From Bacillota bacterium (GTDB lineage: Bacteria; Bacillota; Limnochordia; DTU087), in the NCBI GenBank assembly GCA_012839845.1, contig DUMM01000118.1:1-57305 (forward strand): a stretch of DNA of 57,305 nucleotides, in the 5' to 3' direction. Shown in pieces: positions 36,743-45,982 of the stretch. The notes below the pieces were generated by a model. It had not been told where the DNA came from. It searched no databases and was given only the letters and a program-made list of their open reading frames with translations. A program made the position numbers and the translations under genes. Numbering within the stretch: position 1 is the first letter of the stretch; the number at the start of each line of letters is the position of its first letter.

Positions 36743-37779
36743 AGCACACTCAACCGTGCCAGATCCTTGTAAGTGGCAAAGAGCATCAAAAGGAGCAGGA
36801 AGGCCAGGCCGATAAACTGCACCAATCCCTTTTGTTCAGGTTCGAGGGGACGGCCCCTTGCTGCCTCCCAGAGGAGCATAACAAGCCAGCCCCCATCCAG
36901 CACCGGAATGGGCAGAAAGTTGAACAGTCCTAGGTTGATACTGAGCACGGCTGCCATAAACACCACAAACATCAGTCCTCGATTGGCCGATTCCCCTACT
37001 ATCTGGAAGATGCCGATGGGTCCCGCGATATCTGGTTCGATCCTGCCGGCGATCATCCGGACTATAGATAACACAATATCTCGGGACACAAAGTAGGTCT
37101 GCCTCAGACCTGTGTACAGGGCCTGCCCCGGGGACTGCCTTTCCTTTTCCACCATGCCGATCCCCAGCCGTGCTCGGCCCAGCTCCCGGTCCAGCCTTGG
37201 CGTAATTGTCAGCCGCAGGGGACGGTTCTCCCGCAAAATGGTGATGGGAATCTCTTGATCGGGATGGCGGGCAACTATCGAGTTAATTTCCCTGATGGAA
37301 GCAATCTTCTCTCCTGCCACTTCAGTAATCACATCCCCGGGAAGAAGCCCCACCTCGGCAGCGGGCGATCCCGGTTCCACCACCTGCACTGTGGGCGGAA
37401 TGAAGACCAACCCCATGTACACGGCAAAGAGTACCACCGCCAAGACGAAATTCATGATAGGCCCGGCCGCGATTACTGCCAACCGCTGGCTCAGGCTCTT
37501 CTTATTGAAGCTGCTCTCATCTTCGTCGGGGATTATCGCATCTTCATCCTCTGGAATATCCATGCCGGCCAGCTTTACAAACCCGCCCAAGGGCAAAAGC
37601 CGCAGACTGTAGACGGTGTCTCGTCCGCGCCTTCTCAACAGAGCTGGACCGAATCCCAGGGCAAACTCATACACTTTAACTCCCACGGCCTTTGCAGCGA
37701 GAAAGTGACCCAGCTCGTGGAAGAATATGGTCGGTCCCAGTACGAGCACAAAGGCAACGACCAAATTCAAGATAACCAT
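36739..37779 (-). CDS. rseP: RIP site-2 metalloprotease RseP/RasP
   Basis: HELGHF zinc motif, a PDZ segment, and the C-terminal NLLPIPVLDGG-type motif (NFLPIPVLDGG). Confidence 0.93.
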   Translation of the reverse strand: MVILNLVVAFVLVLGPTIFFHELGHFLAAKAVGVKVYEFALGFGPALLRRRGRDTVYSLRLLPLGGFVKLAGMDIPEDEDAIIPDEDESSFNKKSLSQRLAVIAAGPIMNFVLAVVLFAVYMGLVFIPPTVQVVEPGSPAAEVGLLPGDVITEVAGEKIASIREINSIVARHPDQEIPITILRENRPLRLTITPRLDRELGRARLGIGMVEKERQSPGQALYTGLRQTYFVSRDIVLSIVRMIAGRIEPDIAGPIGIFQIVGESANRGLMFVVFMAAVLSINLGLFNFLPIPVLDGGWLVMLLWEAARGRPLEPEQKGLVQFIGLAFLLLLMLFATYKDLARLSVL

Positions 37780-37794
37780 CCTTTCTGCAGCCGC

Positions 37795-38967
37795 TTAGCG
37801 GACTAGTTCCCCCAGCACCTGACGCACGTATTTTCGACCCTCGGCGTCGGCCGCCAGGATATCCTCAAGCTCGGGGTTCATCACTACCCGATGGTGTTCC
37901 AGGGCTGCCTCTATCAGCCGCGGGATGTGAGCAAAACCAATCTGCCCCTGCATAAAGGCCCGCACCGCAACTTCATTGGCAGCATTTAGCACCGTGGGGA
38001 AGGTGCCTCCTGCCGCCAAGGCTTCATAAGCCAAGCGCAGACAGGGAAAACGGTCCATGTCAGGGGCCTCAAAGTCCAGGCGGCCAACCTCTGTCAGCGA
38101 CAGTCTCTTCACTGGAGTCTCCAGCCTTTCCGGAAATGTAAGGGCGTACTGGATGGGCAGCCGCATGTCAGCGACTCCCAGCTGTGCCAGCACACTGCCG
38201 TCGGTAAGCTCAACCAGGGAGTGGACGATACTTTGCGGATGGATTACCACCTCGATGCGTTCCGGCTGTATCTGGAACAGCCAGTGGGCTTCGATGACCT
38301 CCAAGCCTTTGTTCATCAACGTTGCTGAATCAATGGTGATTTTTTCGCCCATGTTCCACGTGGGATGGGCCAATGCTTCCTCCACAGTCACCCGCTCCAG
38401 CTCCTCTTTGGTACTCTTCCGAAAGGGGCCCCCGGAGGCGGTCAGAATTACCTTATGCAAATCCTGCTCTCTTACACCTTGCAGGCACTGGAAAATCGCG
38501 CTGTGTTCGCTGTCCACCGGCAGCAGCCGTACATTATGTTCCTTAACTGCCCTCATTACCACACTGCCCGCTGCCACCAAGGTCTCTTTGTTGGCCAAAG
38601 CCACATCTTTACCGGCCTTTATGGCCGCCAAAGTCGGCAGAATACCTGCCGCTCCCACAACGGCATTCAGGACCAAGTCGACATCTTCCCTGGTTACCAT
38701 CTCTTCCATGGACGAAGGACCTGTCAGGACTTCCAGACCGGAAAAGTTCCACTCCCTAAGCCTTTGGGCTGCCTCCTCTGAAGCCAGGCTGGCAACCCGC
38801 GGCCGAAACTCTTCGATCTGCTTTGCCAGAAGCTCCACATTGCTCCCAGCAGCCAGCCCTACAACCCGAAAACGCTCCGGCATTCTCCTGATCACGTCTA
38901 GAGCTTGGGTACCAATGGAACCAGTTGAACCGAGAAGCACTATGCCGCGCACCAATGACTCAACCAC
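37795..38967 (-). CDS. dxr: 1-deoxy-D-xylulose 5-phosphate reductoisomerase
   Basis: LGSTGSIGTQALDV, LANKE, DSEHSAIFQC, ILTASGGPF. Confidence 0.96.
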   Translation of the reverse strand: MVESLVRGIVLLGSTGSIGTQALDVIRRMPERFRVVGLAAGSNVELLAKQIEEFRPRVASLASEEAAQRLREWNFSGLEVLTGPSSMEEMVTREDVDLVLNAVVGAAGILPTLAAIKAGKDVALANKETLVAAGSVVMRAVKEHNVRLLPVDSEHSAIFQCLQGVREQDLHKVILTASGGPFRKSTKEELERVTVEEALAHPTWNMGEKITIDSATLMNKGLEVIEAHWLFQIQPERIEVVIHPQSIVHSLVELTDGSVLAQLGVADMRLPIQYALTFPERLETPVKRLSLTEVGRLDFEAPDMDRFPCLRLAYEALAAGGTFPTVLNAANEVAVRAFMQGQIGFAHIPRLIEAALEHHRVVMNPELEDILAADAEGRKYVRQVLGELVR

Positions 38968-38990
38968 TCCTCAATCACGGAACAGCAGTA

Positions 38991-40079
38991 TCAGCTTTCT
39001 TTTTTCCAGGCAGGGATAAAGACTACCATCATGATTGCCTTCAGGACCACCATAATCAGAGGTCCCAAGATAAAGCCGCCAGCTCCCAAGAGGCGGATTC
39101 CAAGATATACCGATGTCAAGGTGGTCAATGGATGAAGACCTAATTGAGCACCGACAATCCTGGGTTCTGCCAGCTGTCGGCTGATCAAAATCACTCCCAA
39201 GATCACTACCAACCACAGTGCATAGGCGATATTGCCTAAGAGAAGGTAGTATAGGATCATCGGCACCAAGATTGTACTGGGGCCGATTAAGGGGAGGAAG
39301 TCAAACAGAGCAACCAGCAAACCGAGCAGCCAGGCGTACCGGATTCTCAGGGCTGTAAGGCCGATTACCGCCAGCGAACCGGACAGGCTAATTAGAATTA
39401 GTTGAGAGCGCAGAAAACCGATGATGCCGTGGGCAATTTCATCCTTAACGTGCTCCACCTGGGGGCGCCAGCCGTCGGGAACTAAACCCATGAAGAATTG
39501 GCCGAAAACCCGTTTATCTCGGCTCATGAAAAACGTGGCTATACTGGCGATAATCACCGTAACTCCGAAATTCGGCAGCCCGCTCAGACTGCTCAGCACC
39601 CAACCGATCACTTTTCTTAAGGTCTCTGTTACCTGATCCAACTCCGGCCGCACCATCTGTGGAACAGGCAGGGGTATTTCGCCGTCAAAGATAGTGAGCA
39701 GCAGGCTTTCTACTCTAGCGAGAAGCGCCCTCAGCCATTCCTCCCAGTAAGTGCTATAACGGGGTAGAAGAGAGAGAAAATGGGTCAGCTCGGCAGTTAA
39801 GTTGGCGACTAGGAGGAACAGCAGTAGCCTAAGCACAGCCACAAATAAAAGCAGTACCAGCAAAACCGCGATTCCACGGGAGATATGAAGCCTCTTTTCC
39901 ATGATATTCACAAAAGGATCGATGATGGCGGCGAAAACCAGTGCCAATAAGAAGGGACTGAGGTATTCGATGGCATAACGAGCGGCCAAGATAATCCCTA
40001 CAGTTGTCAAGATGAGCATCAGAATAAGCTTAAGGCGCCGATTCACCGGCACTACCCCCTTAATGGGAGAAACTGGCAA
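38991..40079 (-). CDS. AI-2E family transporter (UPF0118; YtvI-like permease)
   Basis: 362-aa polytopic membrane protein with the characteristic C-terminal motifs (FDFLPLIGPS, LHPLTTL). Confidence 0.7.
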   Translation of the reverse strand: MPVSPIKGVVPVNRRLKLILMLILTTVGIILAARYAIEYLSPFLLALVFAAIIDPFVNIMEKRLHISRGIAVLLVLLLFVAVLRLLLFLLVANLTAELTHFLSLLPRYSTYWEEWLRALLARVESLLLTIFDGEIPLPVPQMVRPELDQVTETLRKVIGWVLSSLSGLPNFGVTVIIASIATFFMSRDKRVFGQFFMGLVPDGWRPQVEHVKDEIAHGIIGFLRSQLILISLSGSLAVIGLTALRIRYAWLLGLLVALFDFLPLIGPSTILVPMILYYLLLGNIAYALWLVVILGVILISRQLAEPRIVGAQLGLHPLTTLTSVYLGIRLLGAGGFILGPLIMVVLKAIMMVVFIPAWKKES

Positions 40080-40139
40080 AACCCATCGGGTAAGGTTCTG
40101 ACAATGAACATATTCCCTGAGGGGTTACTTAGAACCCCA

Positions 40140-40928
40140 TCAGCCTATCCACTTGGTAAGGTAATACACCACTGGAACAGTAAACAACAGGCTGTCGATG
40201 CGGTCCAGGACTCCTCCGTGCCCAGGCAAAATCCATCCCGAATCTTTGACCCCAGCTTCCCGCTTCAAAGCAGACTCAAAGAGGTCTCCCGCTACGGCAG
40301 CAATTCCAATTACTGTGCCCAGAACCCACCCCGGCAGCAAACCGATCTGCAGGCGGCTGTTGACATACTGGGTTACCAGGGCAGACAGCAAAATACCCCC
40401 TACAGCGCCCTCCACCGACTTTTTGGGACTGATGGTCGGGGCTAATCTGTGTCGGCCCCATCGTGTCCCGACAAAATACGCACCGGTATCTGTTACCCAA
40501 GTACCTAATAGGACCAGGAACAGAAGCGCCAACCCCTGGGGTTGAGCCCTCAGCAGTAGAAAATGGCCGGGTAGAAAGGCGCCGTACAGGACCGCCATCA
40601 AGACCAACCCGCCCCGGCTGAAGGGCCTGGCAGAGCCTGAAATCAACTCCAGCACAGCGGCTGAGACAAAAACCGCAAACAGCAGCGGGGCTATCAGCGC
40701 TTCACCCCGCACATAGATGGCGGCAAGCAGGGCCGCGGCCCCGACATACATGAGCGGTCCTGAAGCCGTCACTTTCATCTCTACCATCATGGCTCTAAGC
40801 TCAAACACCGCTGCGACACTCGCCGCCAGCACCAGCAGAAAAAAGGGTATTCCGCCGAAGTAAAGACAGCCCAGAACGACCGGAATGGAGAAAGCAGCGG
40901 TGAGCACCCGTTTGACCAGGGAAGACAT
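40140..40928 (-). CDS. cdsA: Phosphatidate cytidylyltransferase
   Basis: The signature SALKREAGVKDSGWILPGHGGVLDRIDS. ATG at 40928 (MSSLVKRVL) lies just after the uppS stop. Confidence 0.93.
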   Translation of the reverse strand: MSSLVKRVLTAAFSIPVVLGCLYFGGIPFFLLVLAASVAAVFELRAMMVEMKVTASGPLMYVGAAALLAAIYVRGEALIAPLLFAVFVSAAVLELISGSARPFSRGGLVLMAVLYGAFLPGHFLLLRAQPQGLALLFLVLLGTWVTDTGAYFVGTRWGRHRLAPTISPKKSVEGAVGGILLSALVTQYVNSRLQIGLLPGWVLGTVIGIAAVAGDLFESALKREAGVKDSGWILPGHGGVLDRIDSLLFTVPVVYYLTKWIG

Positions 40929-40933
40929 GTGTT

Positions 40934-41788
40934 TTAGTCCAGCTCCCTTCGTTGCGATATTCTTCCAAAGCGGCGGTCCCGCCTCTGGTATTCGGCAAGG
41001 GCAGCAACAAAATCCTTTGGCGTAAAGTCCGGCCACATAATATCTGTAAAATACAGCTCGGCGTAAGCCGCCTGCCAGAGCAGGAAATTGCTCAGCCTCC
41101 GTTCGCCGCCGGTTCGAATGATCAAGTCCGGGTCCGGGTCTCCCGCAGTGTACAGATGGGCCGCTATAGCTGCCTCATCGACGACCAGCTTCTCGCCGTT
41201 GGCCGCCCGCTGCAGCAGCAGGTTCACGGCATTGACAATCTCCAGGCGGCCCCCATAGCTAATAGCCAGGTTCAGCTTCAGGGCACGATTGCTCGCAGTC
41301 AGCTCTGCCGCTCTTTCCACTTGTGTCCTTACTCTGTCGGGTAGGTCTGTCAGTCTGCCGATGGGGACAATTCGCACTCCCTCGTTTTTAAGACTGTCCA
41401 GCTCAGTTTCCATCACTTCCAGGATAAGCTCCATCAGAAAGCTTACCTCATCCTGGGGCCGCTGCCAATTCTCAGTTGAAAAACAGTAGGCTGTCAGCAC
41501 AGGAATGCCCAACTCGCCGCAGGTTCTGACTATCTCCCGCAGAGTGTGAACCCCTTGGCGGTGACCTTCGGTTCGTGGAAGGCCCCTGGCCTCAGCCCAC
41601 CGGCCGTTTCCATCCATGATGACAGCGACGTGCTTCGGCAGACGGTCAAGGGCTAGCTTCGGAGCCGTTTCCTCTCGTTCTTGTCTTTGCTGCTTACGGT
41701 GTTTTGAAGACAGCTGTGATAGCGCGAGATTTTTCCACAAGGCAAGTCTACCCTTTCCCTCAAGTGCTGAAAAAAGCACCCCCTCCAA
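40934..41788 (-). CDS. uppS: Isoprenyl transferase (undecaprenyl diphosphate synthase)
   Basis: HVAVIMDGNGRWA, ...FSTENWQRP..., RTGGERRLSNFLLWQ. The true start is probably internal (for example TTG at 41740), because the ORF-track start lies inside the terminator hairpin at 41768-41801. Confidence 0.9.
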   Translation of the reverse strand: MEGVLFSALEGKGRLALWKNLALSQLSSKHRKQQRQEREETAPKLALDRLPKHVAVIMDGNGRWAEARGLPRTEGHRQGVHTLREIVRTCGELGIPVLTAYCFSTENWQRPQDEVSFLMELILEVMETELDSLKNEGVRIVPIGRLTDLPDRVRTQVERAAELTASNRALKLNLAISYGGRLEIVNAVNLLLQRAANGEKLVVDEAAIAAHLYTAGDPDPDLIIRTGGERRLSNFLLWQAAYAELYFTDIMWPDFTPKDFVAALAEYQRRDRRFGRISQRRELD

Positions 41789-41801
41789 CTATTTGAGGGG
41801 G
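41768..41801 (-). terminator. Rho-independent terminator or attenuator between frr and uppS
   Basis: Minus strand reads CCCCCTC-AAATAGTTG-GAGGGGG followed by TGCTTTTTTCAGC. Confidence 0.6.
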
Positions 41802-42104
41802 CTATCTATCCCTGCACAGAACATCACGAAGTGCAAGGTCGCTCAGGACGGCTACCAATACTCACAGGCCAGTACAATTTGGCTGCGGCCGCTGGATGCA
41901 GCCTCTCTTACGGCCACAACCCGCCAAGGACCATGGGCCTTGCCTCGGGGCCGGAGAGGCGCGGTATGCAGAACATCCACCTGCTCCTGTAAAGCTGGCC
42001 ATTTAGATATGACATAGTCCCATCTGCATCCCAAGATATCCCCTAAGGCCGGCAGTCCCTTTTCTGCGGCAGCTGCTTTTCCAAAATGCCGTCCGACGCT
42101 CCCG

Positions 42105-42662
42105 CTACACCTCCATGATCTCATTTTCTTTCGCCTCAAGCAGCTGATTGACGAGATCGATGTACTTATCAGTCAGCTTCTGCACCTCATCCTCAGCACG
42201 GTGTCTCTCGTCTTCAGGCAAAGAACCTTCCTTCTCCAAGTCACGCAGAGTCTCATTGGCGTCTCTGCGGATGTTCCTGATGGCAACCCGTTTGTCCTCC
42301 GCTTCCTTGCGGACCACCTTAACCAGCTCTTTGCGCCGTTCCTCTGTGAGAGGAGGAATGACAAGCCTGATCACTGATCCGTCCGAATTTGGGGTTAGAC
42401 CCAGATCAGATTTTAGGATGGCCTTCTCGATGTCCTTAATGGCATTCTTATCCCAGGGCTGGATCAGCAGCAGCCGTGCTTCAGGCGCGGATATTGTCGC
42501 CAGCTGATTTAAAGGAGTCATGGTGCCGTAATACTCCACTTGAATCCGGTCGAGCAGTGCGGGATTGGCTCTGCCGGTTCGTATGGCAGCAAAGGCTTGC
42601 TTCGTTGCTTCGATCACGCCCTGCATTCTTCGCTCGCAGTCTTGAAGCACTTCCTTTGTCAC
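42105..42662 (-). CDS. frr: Ribosome recycling factor
   Basis: 185 aa from GTG 42662 ([38 protein letters not shown]), with GGGAGG 7 nt upstream. Confidence 0.95.
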   Translation of the reverse strand: MTKEVLQDCERRMQGVIEATKQAFAAIRTGRANPALLDRIQVEYYGTMTPLNQLATISAPEARLLLIQPWDKNAIKDIEKAILKSDLGLTPNSDGSVIRLVIPPLTEERRKELVKVVRKEAEDKRVAIRNIRRDANETLRDLEKEGSLPEDERHRAEDEVQKLTDKYIDLVNQLLEAKENEIMEV

Positions 42663-42663
42663 T

Positions 42664-43386
42664 CTACTTCCCTCCCACGATTGTCCCAATATTCTCCCCA
42701 CAGATGGCTCTTCGAATACTATCTTCGGCGACAATATCAAACACGATGATTGGAATCTGGTTGTCCATGCACAGAGATGTGGCCGTGGAGTCCATTACTT
42801 TGAGGCCCCTTTGCAGGACCTCCATGTAGGCCAGGCTTTCAAAACGGCGGGCCACCGGGTTAATGTTTGGGTCGTCATCATAAACCCCATCAACGCCCCG
42901 CTTGGCCATAAGGATGACTTCAGCCTCGATTTCCGCAGCTCGCAGAGCGGCAGTGGTATCGGTGGAGAAGTAGGGATTTCCGGTGCCGGAGGCGAAAATC
43001 ACCACCCGCTTTTTCTCCAGATGCCGGATCGCCCGCCGGCGGATGTACGGTTCGGCAATTTCCCGCATTTCGATGGCGGTCATTACCCTGGTTTCCACTC
43101 CCATCCGCTCCAGGGAGTCCTGAAAAGCCAGAGAGTTGATGACCGTTGCCAGCATCCCCATGTAGTCGGCGGTGGCTCTATCCATTCCCTGGCGGCTTGC
43201 CTCCGCCCCCCGCCAGATATTGCCTCCGCCCACGACGCACGCGATCTCAACACCCATCTTTGCCACTTCTGCGATGGAGCGGCTGATCTTATCAACTACT
43301 GTCAGGTCCAGGCCGAAGCCTTTGTCCCCTGCGAGCGCTTCACCGCTCAATTTCAGGACGACCCGTTTATACTTCGGTTTAGCCAT
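42664..43386 (-). CDS. pyrH: UMP kinase
   Basis: [14 protein letters not shown]...[10 protein letters not shown]...[13 protein letters not shown] at 43386 follows GGGGAG. Confidence 0.95.
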   Translation of the reverse strand: MAKPKYKRVVLKLSGEALAGDKGFGLDLTVVDKISRSIAEVAKMGVEIACVVGGGNIWRGAEASRQGMDRATADYMGMLATVINSLAFQDSLERMGVETRVMTAIEMREIAEPYIRRRAIRHLEKKRVVIFASGTGNPYFSTDTTAALRAAEIEAEVILMAKRGVDGVYDDDPNINPVARRFESLAYMEVLQRGLKVMDSTATSLCMDNQIPIIVFDIVAEDSIRRAICGENIGTIVGGK

Positions 43387-43450
43387 CGCCATCTCCCCTA
43401 CTAATTCGCCCCTTACCTTAATCTTCCTCCCCAAAGCCCGAGAACGGGAT

Positions 43451-43479
43451 TGAAAAAGAGAACACCGAAGTGTTCTCTG
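43451..43479 (-). terminator. Rho-independent terminator after tsf
   Basis: Minus strand reads AGAGAACAC-TTCG-GTGTTCTCT followed by TTTTCAAT. Confidence 0.7.
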
Positions 43480-43485
43480 ACTAAT

Positions 43486-44139
43486 CTACTTATTCAACTC
43501 CGCCATAACCTCAGCTGCCCAGTCATCGGTGCGCTTTTCGATCCCTTCTCCCCGTTCAAACCGGGCAAAGCGCCTAATCGTAACATTTTCCCCGAGTTGG
43601 GCAATGAGCTCCTGCAGCACTTGCTGGACAGTCTTGTCCGGATCCTTAATAAACGGCTGCTCCAGCAAGCAGACCTCTTTGTAGAACCGCTCTAGACGGC
43701 CTTCCACAATCCGATCAACAATCTTCTCGGGCTTTCCTTCATTCAATGCAGCCGCCCGATAAATCCCCTTTTCATGCTCAATAACCGATTGGGGAACTTC
43801 GTCCCTGGAAACATACTGGGGCTTCGCTGCCGCAACCTGCATTGCCATATCCTTTACAAACTGCTTAAAGGCATCGGTTTTGGCAACGAAGTCAGTTTCG
43901 CAGTTGACTTCGATCAAGACTCCTACTCGTCCACCCAGGTGTATGTAAGCATCTACAAGGCCTTCAGCGGCTATACGCCCTGCTTTCTTGGCAGCGGCTG
44001 CCAGGCCTTTCTCCCGCAGGTAGTCAATGGCCTTGTCCATATCGCCCTGGGTTTCCTGCAAAGCCTTCTTACAGTCCATGAAGCCAGCACCAGTGCGTTC
44101 ACGGAGTTCTTTAATCATAGCCGCAGTGATCTCCGGCAT
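43486..44139 (-). CDS. tsf: Elongation factor Ts
   Basis: [24 protein letters not shown] (UBA-like N-terminus). 217 aa, the short Firmicute form. Confidence 0.96.
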   Translation of the reverse strand: MPEITAAMIKELRERTGAGFMDCKKALQETQGDMDKAIDYLREKGLAAAAKKAGRIAAEGLVDAYIHLGGRVGVLIEVNCETDFVAKTDAFKQFVKDMAMQVAAAKPQYVSRDEVPQSVIEHEKGIYRAAALNEGKPEKIVDRIVEGRLERFYKEVCLLEQPFIKDPDKTVQQVLQELIAQLGENVTIRRFARFERGEGIEKRTDDWAAEVMAELNK

Positions 44140-44176
44140 AGTAATCCTCCTTTAACCTGTCGATGTACATATTACA

Positions 44177-44218
44177 CAAAAAGGGGAGGAAGCTTCTGAC
44201 GACCGCTCTCCTCCCCCC
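44177..44218 (-). terminator. Terminator or attenuator hairpin between rpsB and tsf
   Basis: Minus strand reads GGGGAGGA...(18-nt loop)...TCCTCCCC followed by TTTTTGTG. Confidence 0.5.
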
Positions 44219-44231
44219 TCTCGTTCACGCC

Positions 44232-45032
44232 CTACTCCTCGTCCTCGTACTCCTCGTCATCGTAGTCTTCATCGTCCAGTTCTACATCCATCTCGGCGTC
44301 AACTTCTACTTCGTCCTCGTTTTCAGCCAAAGCTGCCGCCATACCCTGCTGGCCCTCTTTACCCTCGATGACGGCATCGGCAATGATACCAGTCAGCAGG
44401 CGAATGGCCCGGATAGCATCGTCATTGCCTGGAATTACGTAATCGACCTCATCGGGATCGCAGTTGGTGTCTACAATGGCCACGATGGGAATTCTCAGCT
44501 TGCGCGCTTCAGCTACTGCGATCCTCTCTTTCCTAGGATCGACGACAAATACGGCCCCCGGAAGCCGGTCCATGTCCCGAATTCCACCCAAGAATCGCTG
44601 CAGTTTGTCCCGTTCTTTGCGAAGCGCTAGAACTTCCTTCTTGGGCAGAACTTCAAAGGCACCGTTCTCTTCCATCTTTTCCAGCTCTTTGAGCCGCTGA
44701 ATGCGGCTGCGGATGGTGCTGAAGTTGGTCAGCATACCACCCAGCCACCGCTCGTTGACGTAAAACATTCCGCAGCGCTGAGCCTCTTCGCGGATAGCTT
44801 CATAAGCCTGCTTTTTCGTACCCACGAAAAGCACCGACTGCCCGTTGGCCACGACTTCTTTGATGAAGTTATAAGCTACATCTATCAAGCGCACGGTTTT
44901 CTGCAGGTCTATGATATAGATACCATTGCGCTCGGTGAAGATGTACTCCTTCATCTTGGGGTTCCAGCGGCGAGTTTGGTGACCGAAATGGACACCAGCC
45001 TCCAGAAGCTGTTTCATCGATACAATCGCCAC
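44232..45032 (-). CDS. rpsB: 30S ribosomal protein S2 with a ~30-aa poly-acidic C-terminal tail
   Basis: GTG start ([27 protein letters not shown]) 7 nt after GGAGGTG. The tail reads [30 protein letters not shown]. Confidence 0.96.
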   Translation of the reverse strand: MAIVSMKQLLEAGVHFGHQTRRWNPKMKEYIFTERNGIYIIDLQKTVRLIDVAYNFIKEVVANGQSVLFVGTKKQAYEAIREEAQRCGMFYVNERWLGGMLTNFSTIRSRIQRLKELEKMEENGAFEVLPKKEVLALRKERDKLQRFLGGIRDMDRLPGAVFVVDPRKERIAVAEARKLRIPIVAIVDTNCDPDEVDYVIPGNDDAIRAIRLLTGIIADAVIEGKEGQQGMAAALAENEDEVEVDAEMDVELDDEDYDDEEYEDEE

Positions 45033-45146
45033 CAGCCCACCTCCTCTCTTGGTTGGATTCCTCCGCGTCCCTCATCCTGCCCTGTCCACCAGAAACTGGC
45101 ACCCGGAAGGGCAGTCAAAGACGCGTGTGTAATTACACCAGAGATA

Positions 45147-45176
45147 ACTATAGCATAACCCAGCTATACTATGCAA
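45147..45176 (-). promoter_or_regulatory. Sigma-A promoter for rpsB-tsf
   Basis: Minus strand reads TTGCAT (45171-45176), an 18-nt spacer, then TATAGT (45147-45152). The ~110-nt leader contains a CTGCCCT...AGGGCAG hairpin. Confidence 0.55.
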
Positions 45177-45195
45177 CAGAAGTTTCCTCGATCTT

Positions 45196-45624
45196 TTATT
45201 GCCTGAATCTCTCCAGGTCCAAGATAAGCTGCACTTCGCCTCGGGGAATCTTTATCTCCCTGGCGATTTCCTCTACAGTGTATCCCTGCTGGACCAGTGC
45301 TATAACCGCTGCCCGTTTATCCTCTGCATCTTCACGGGAACCGGCCGATTCAGTCTTTGGACCGGAGACCGTGAAGCCCTGCCCTGCGCTGCAGCTGCCG
45401 CTTTCGTGCGCTTGGCTTAAGCGCCTGTCTAGTTCAGCAATGAGGGTTTTGCCGGCGTTGTCCAGTTCACGCATCAAATCCTGTAAAGCAGTCTCGGTTT
45501 CCACCATAGCCGCCTTCAAGCCGTACAGCCTTGCCCACCGCTCCCTAAGTCCTGCCACTTCTCGTGCCAGCCATATGCAGATACCTAGAGCCGCTATCGA
45601 TAATACCAGTGCTAGCGCAGTCAT
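45196..45624 (-). CDS. Hypothetical membrane-anchored protein: N-terminal TM, coiled coil, and a C-terminal helix-turn-helix-like motif (flagellar-locus associated)
   Basis: ATG 6 nt after GGGGGG. TM segment ALALVLSIAALGICIWL. C-terminal motif GYTVEEIAREIKIPRGEVQLILDL. It occupies the position held by swrB in B. subtilis, but I did not establish sequence similarity. Confidence 0.55.
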   Translation of the reverse strand: MTALALVLSIAALGICIWLAREVAGLRERWARLYGLKAAMVETETALQDLMRELDNAGKTLIAELDRRLSQAHESGSCSAGQGFTVSGPKTESAGSREDAEDKRAAVIALVQQGYTVEEIAREIKIPRGEVQLILDLERFRQ

Positions 45625-45634
45625 TGTTGCCCCC

Positions 45635-45955
45635 CTATATGCGGATATCTATTCTGCTGCCCAAACCCCTTTGACCCGAACGGCTGCTGTTCTTCTGCCT
45701 CTCTTCACTATTCCCCCGTCCTTGGTGCTGGTCAGGCGGATGTCGACGGCCCTTGCTGTCTCTCTCTTCCACACGTCCGTACTGCTTTTTCTCAGCGGCG
45801 TTAACTTGATTGCGGCGGACAGTCAGCTCCTGACCGGACTGGGAACCCAACTGTGCTTGGACTATCTCCGAGTGCTTCTGCCCCGCCTGTTCCATTCGAG
45901 AGGTGTCATGAGAGCGGGGAAACAGCACTTGCAAATCAGGGAACTTGATAGACAA
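45635..45955 (-). CDS. Hypothetical small basic, probably disordered protein
   Basis: TTG start 9 nt after GAGGAAGGA. 106 aa rich in R/Q/G/S/E, ending in RIDIRI. I recognise no family. Confidence 0.4.
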   Translation of the reverse strand: MSIKFPDLQVLFPRSHDTSRMEQAGQKHSEIVQAQLGSQSGQELTVRRNQVNAAEKKQYGRVEERDSKGRRHPPDQHQGRGNSEERQKNSSRSGQRGLGSRIDIRI

Positions 45956-45982
45956 ACCTATTCATCCTTCCTCGGGAAGCTG

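Noticed and set aside
36808-36815. Sigma-28 -10-like GCCGATAA motifs. This one is on the plus strand, and another lies on the minus strand at 19012-19019.
   Set aside because: Both lie inside coding regions (rseP and pnp). Neither has a TAAA -35 element at the correct spacing, and one is antisense to the gene.
38057-39019. A 320-aa plus-strand ORF antisense to dxr.
   Set aside because: It is Ser/Thr/Ala-rich and lies entirely within the highly conserved dxr gene on the opposite strand. It is a shadow ORF.
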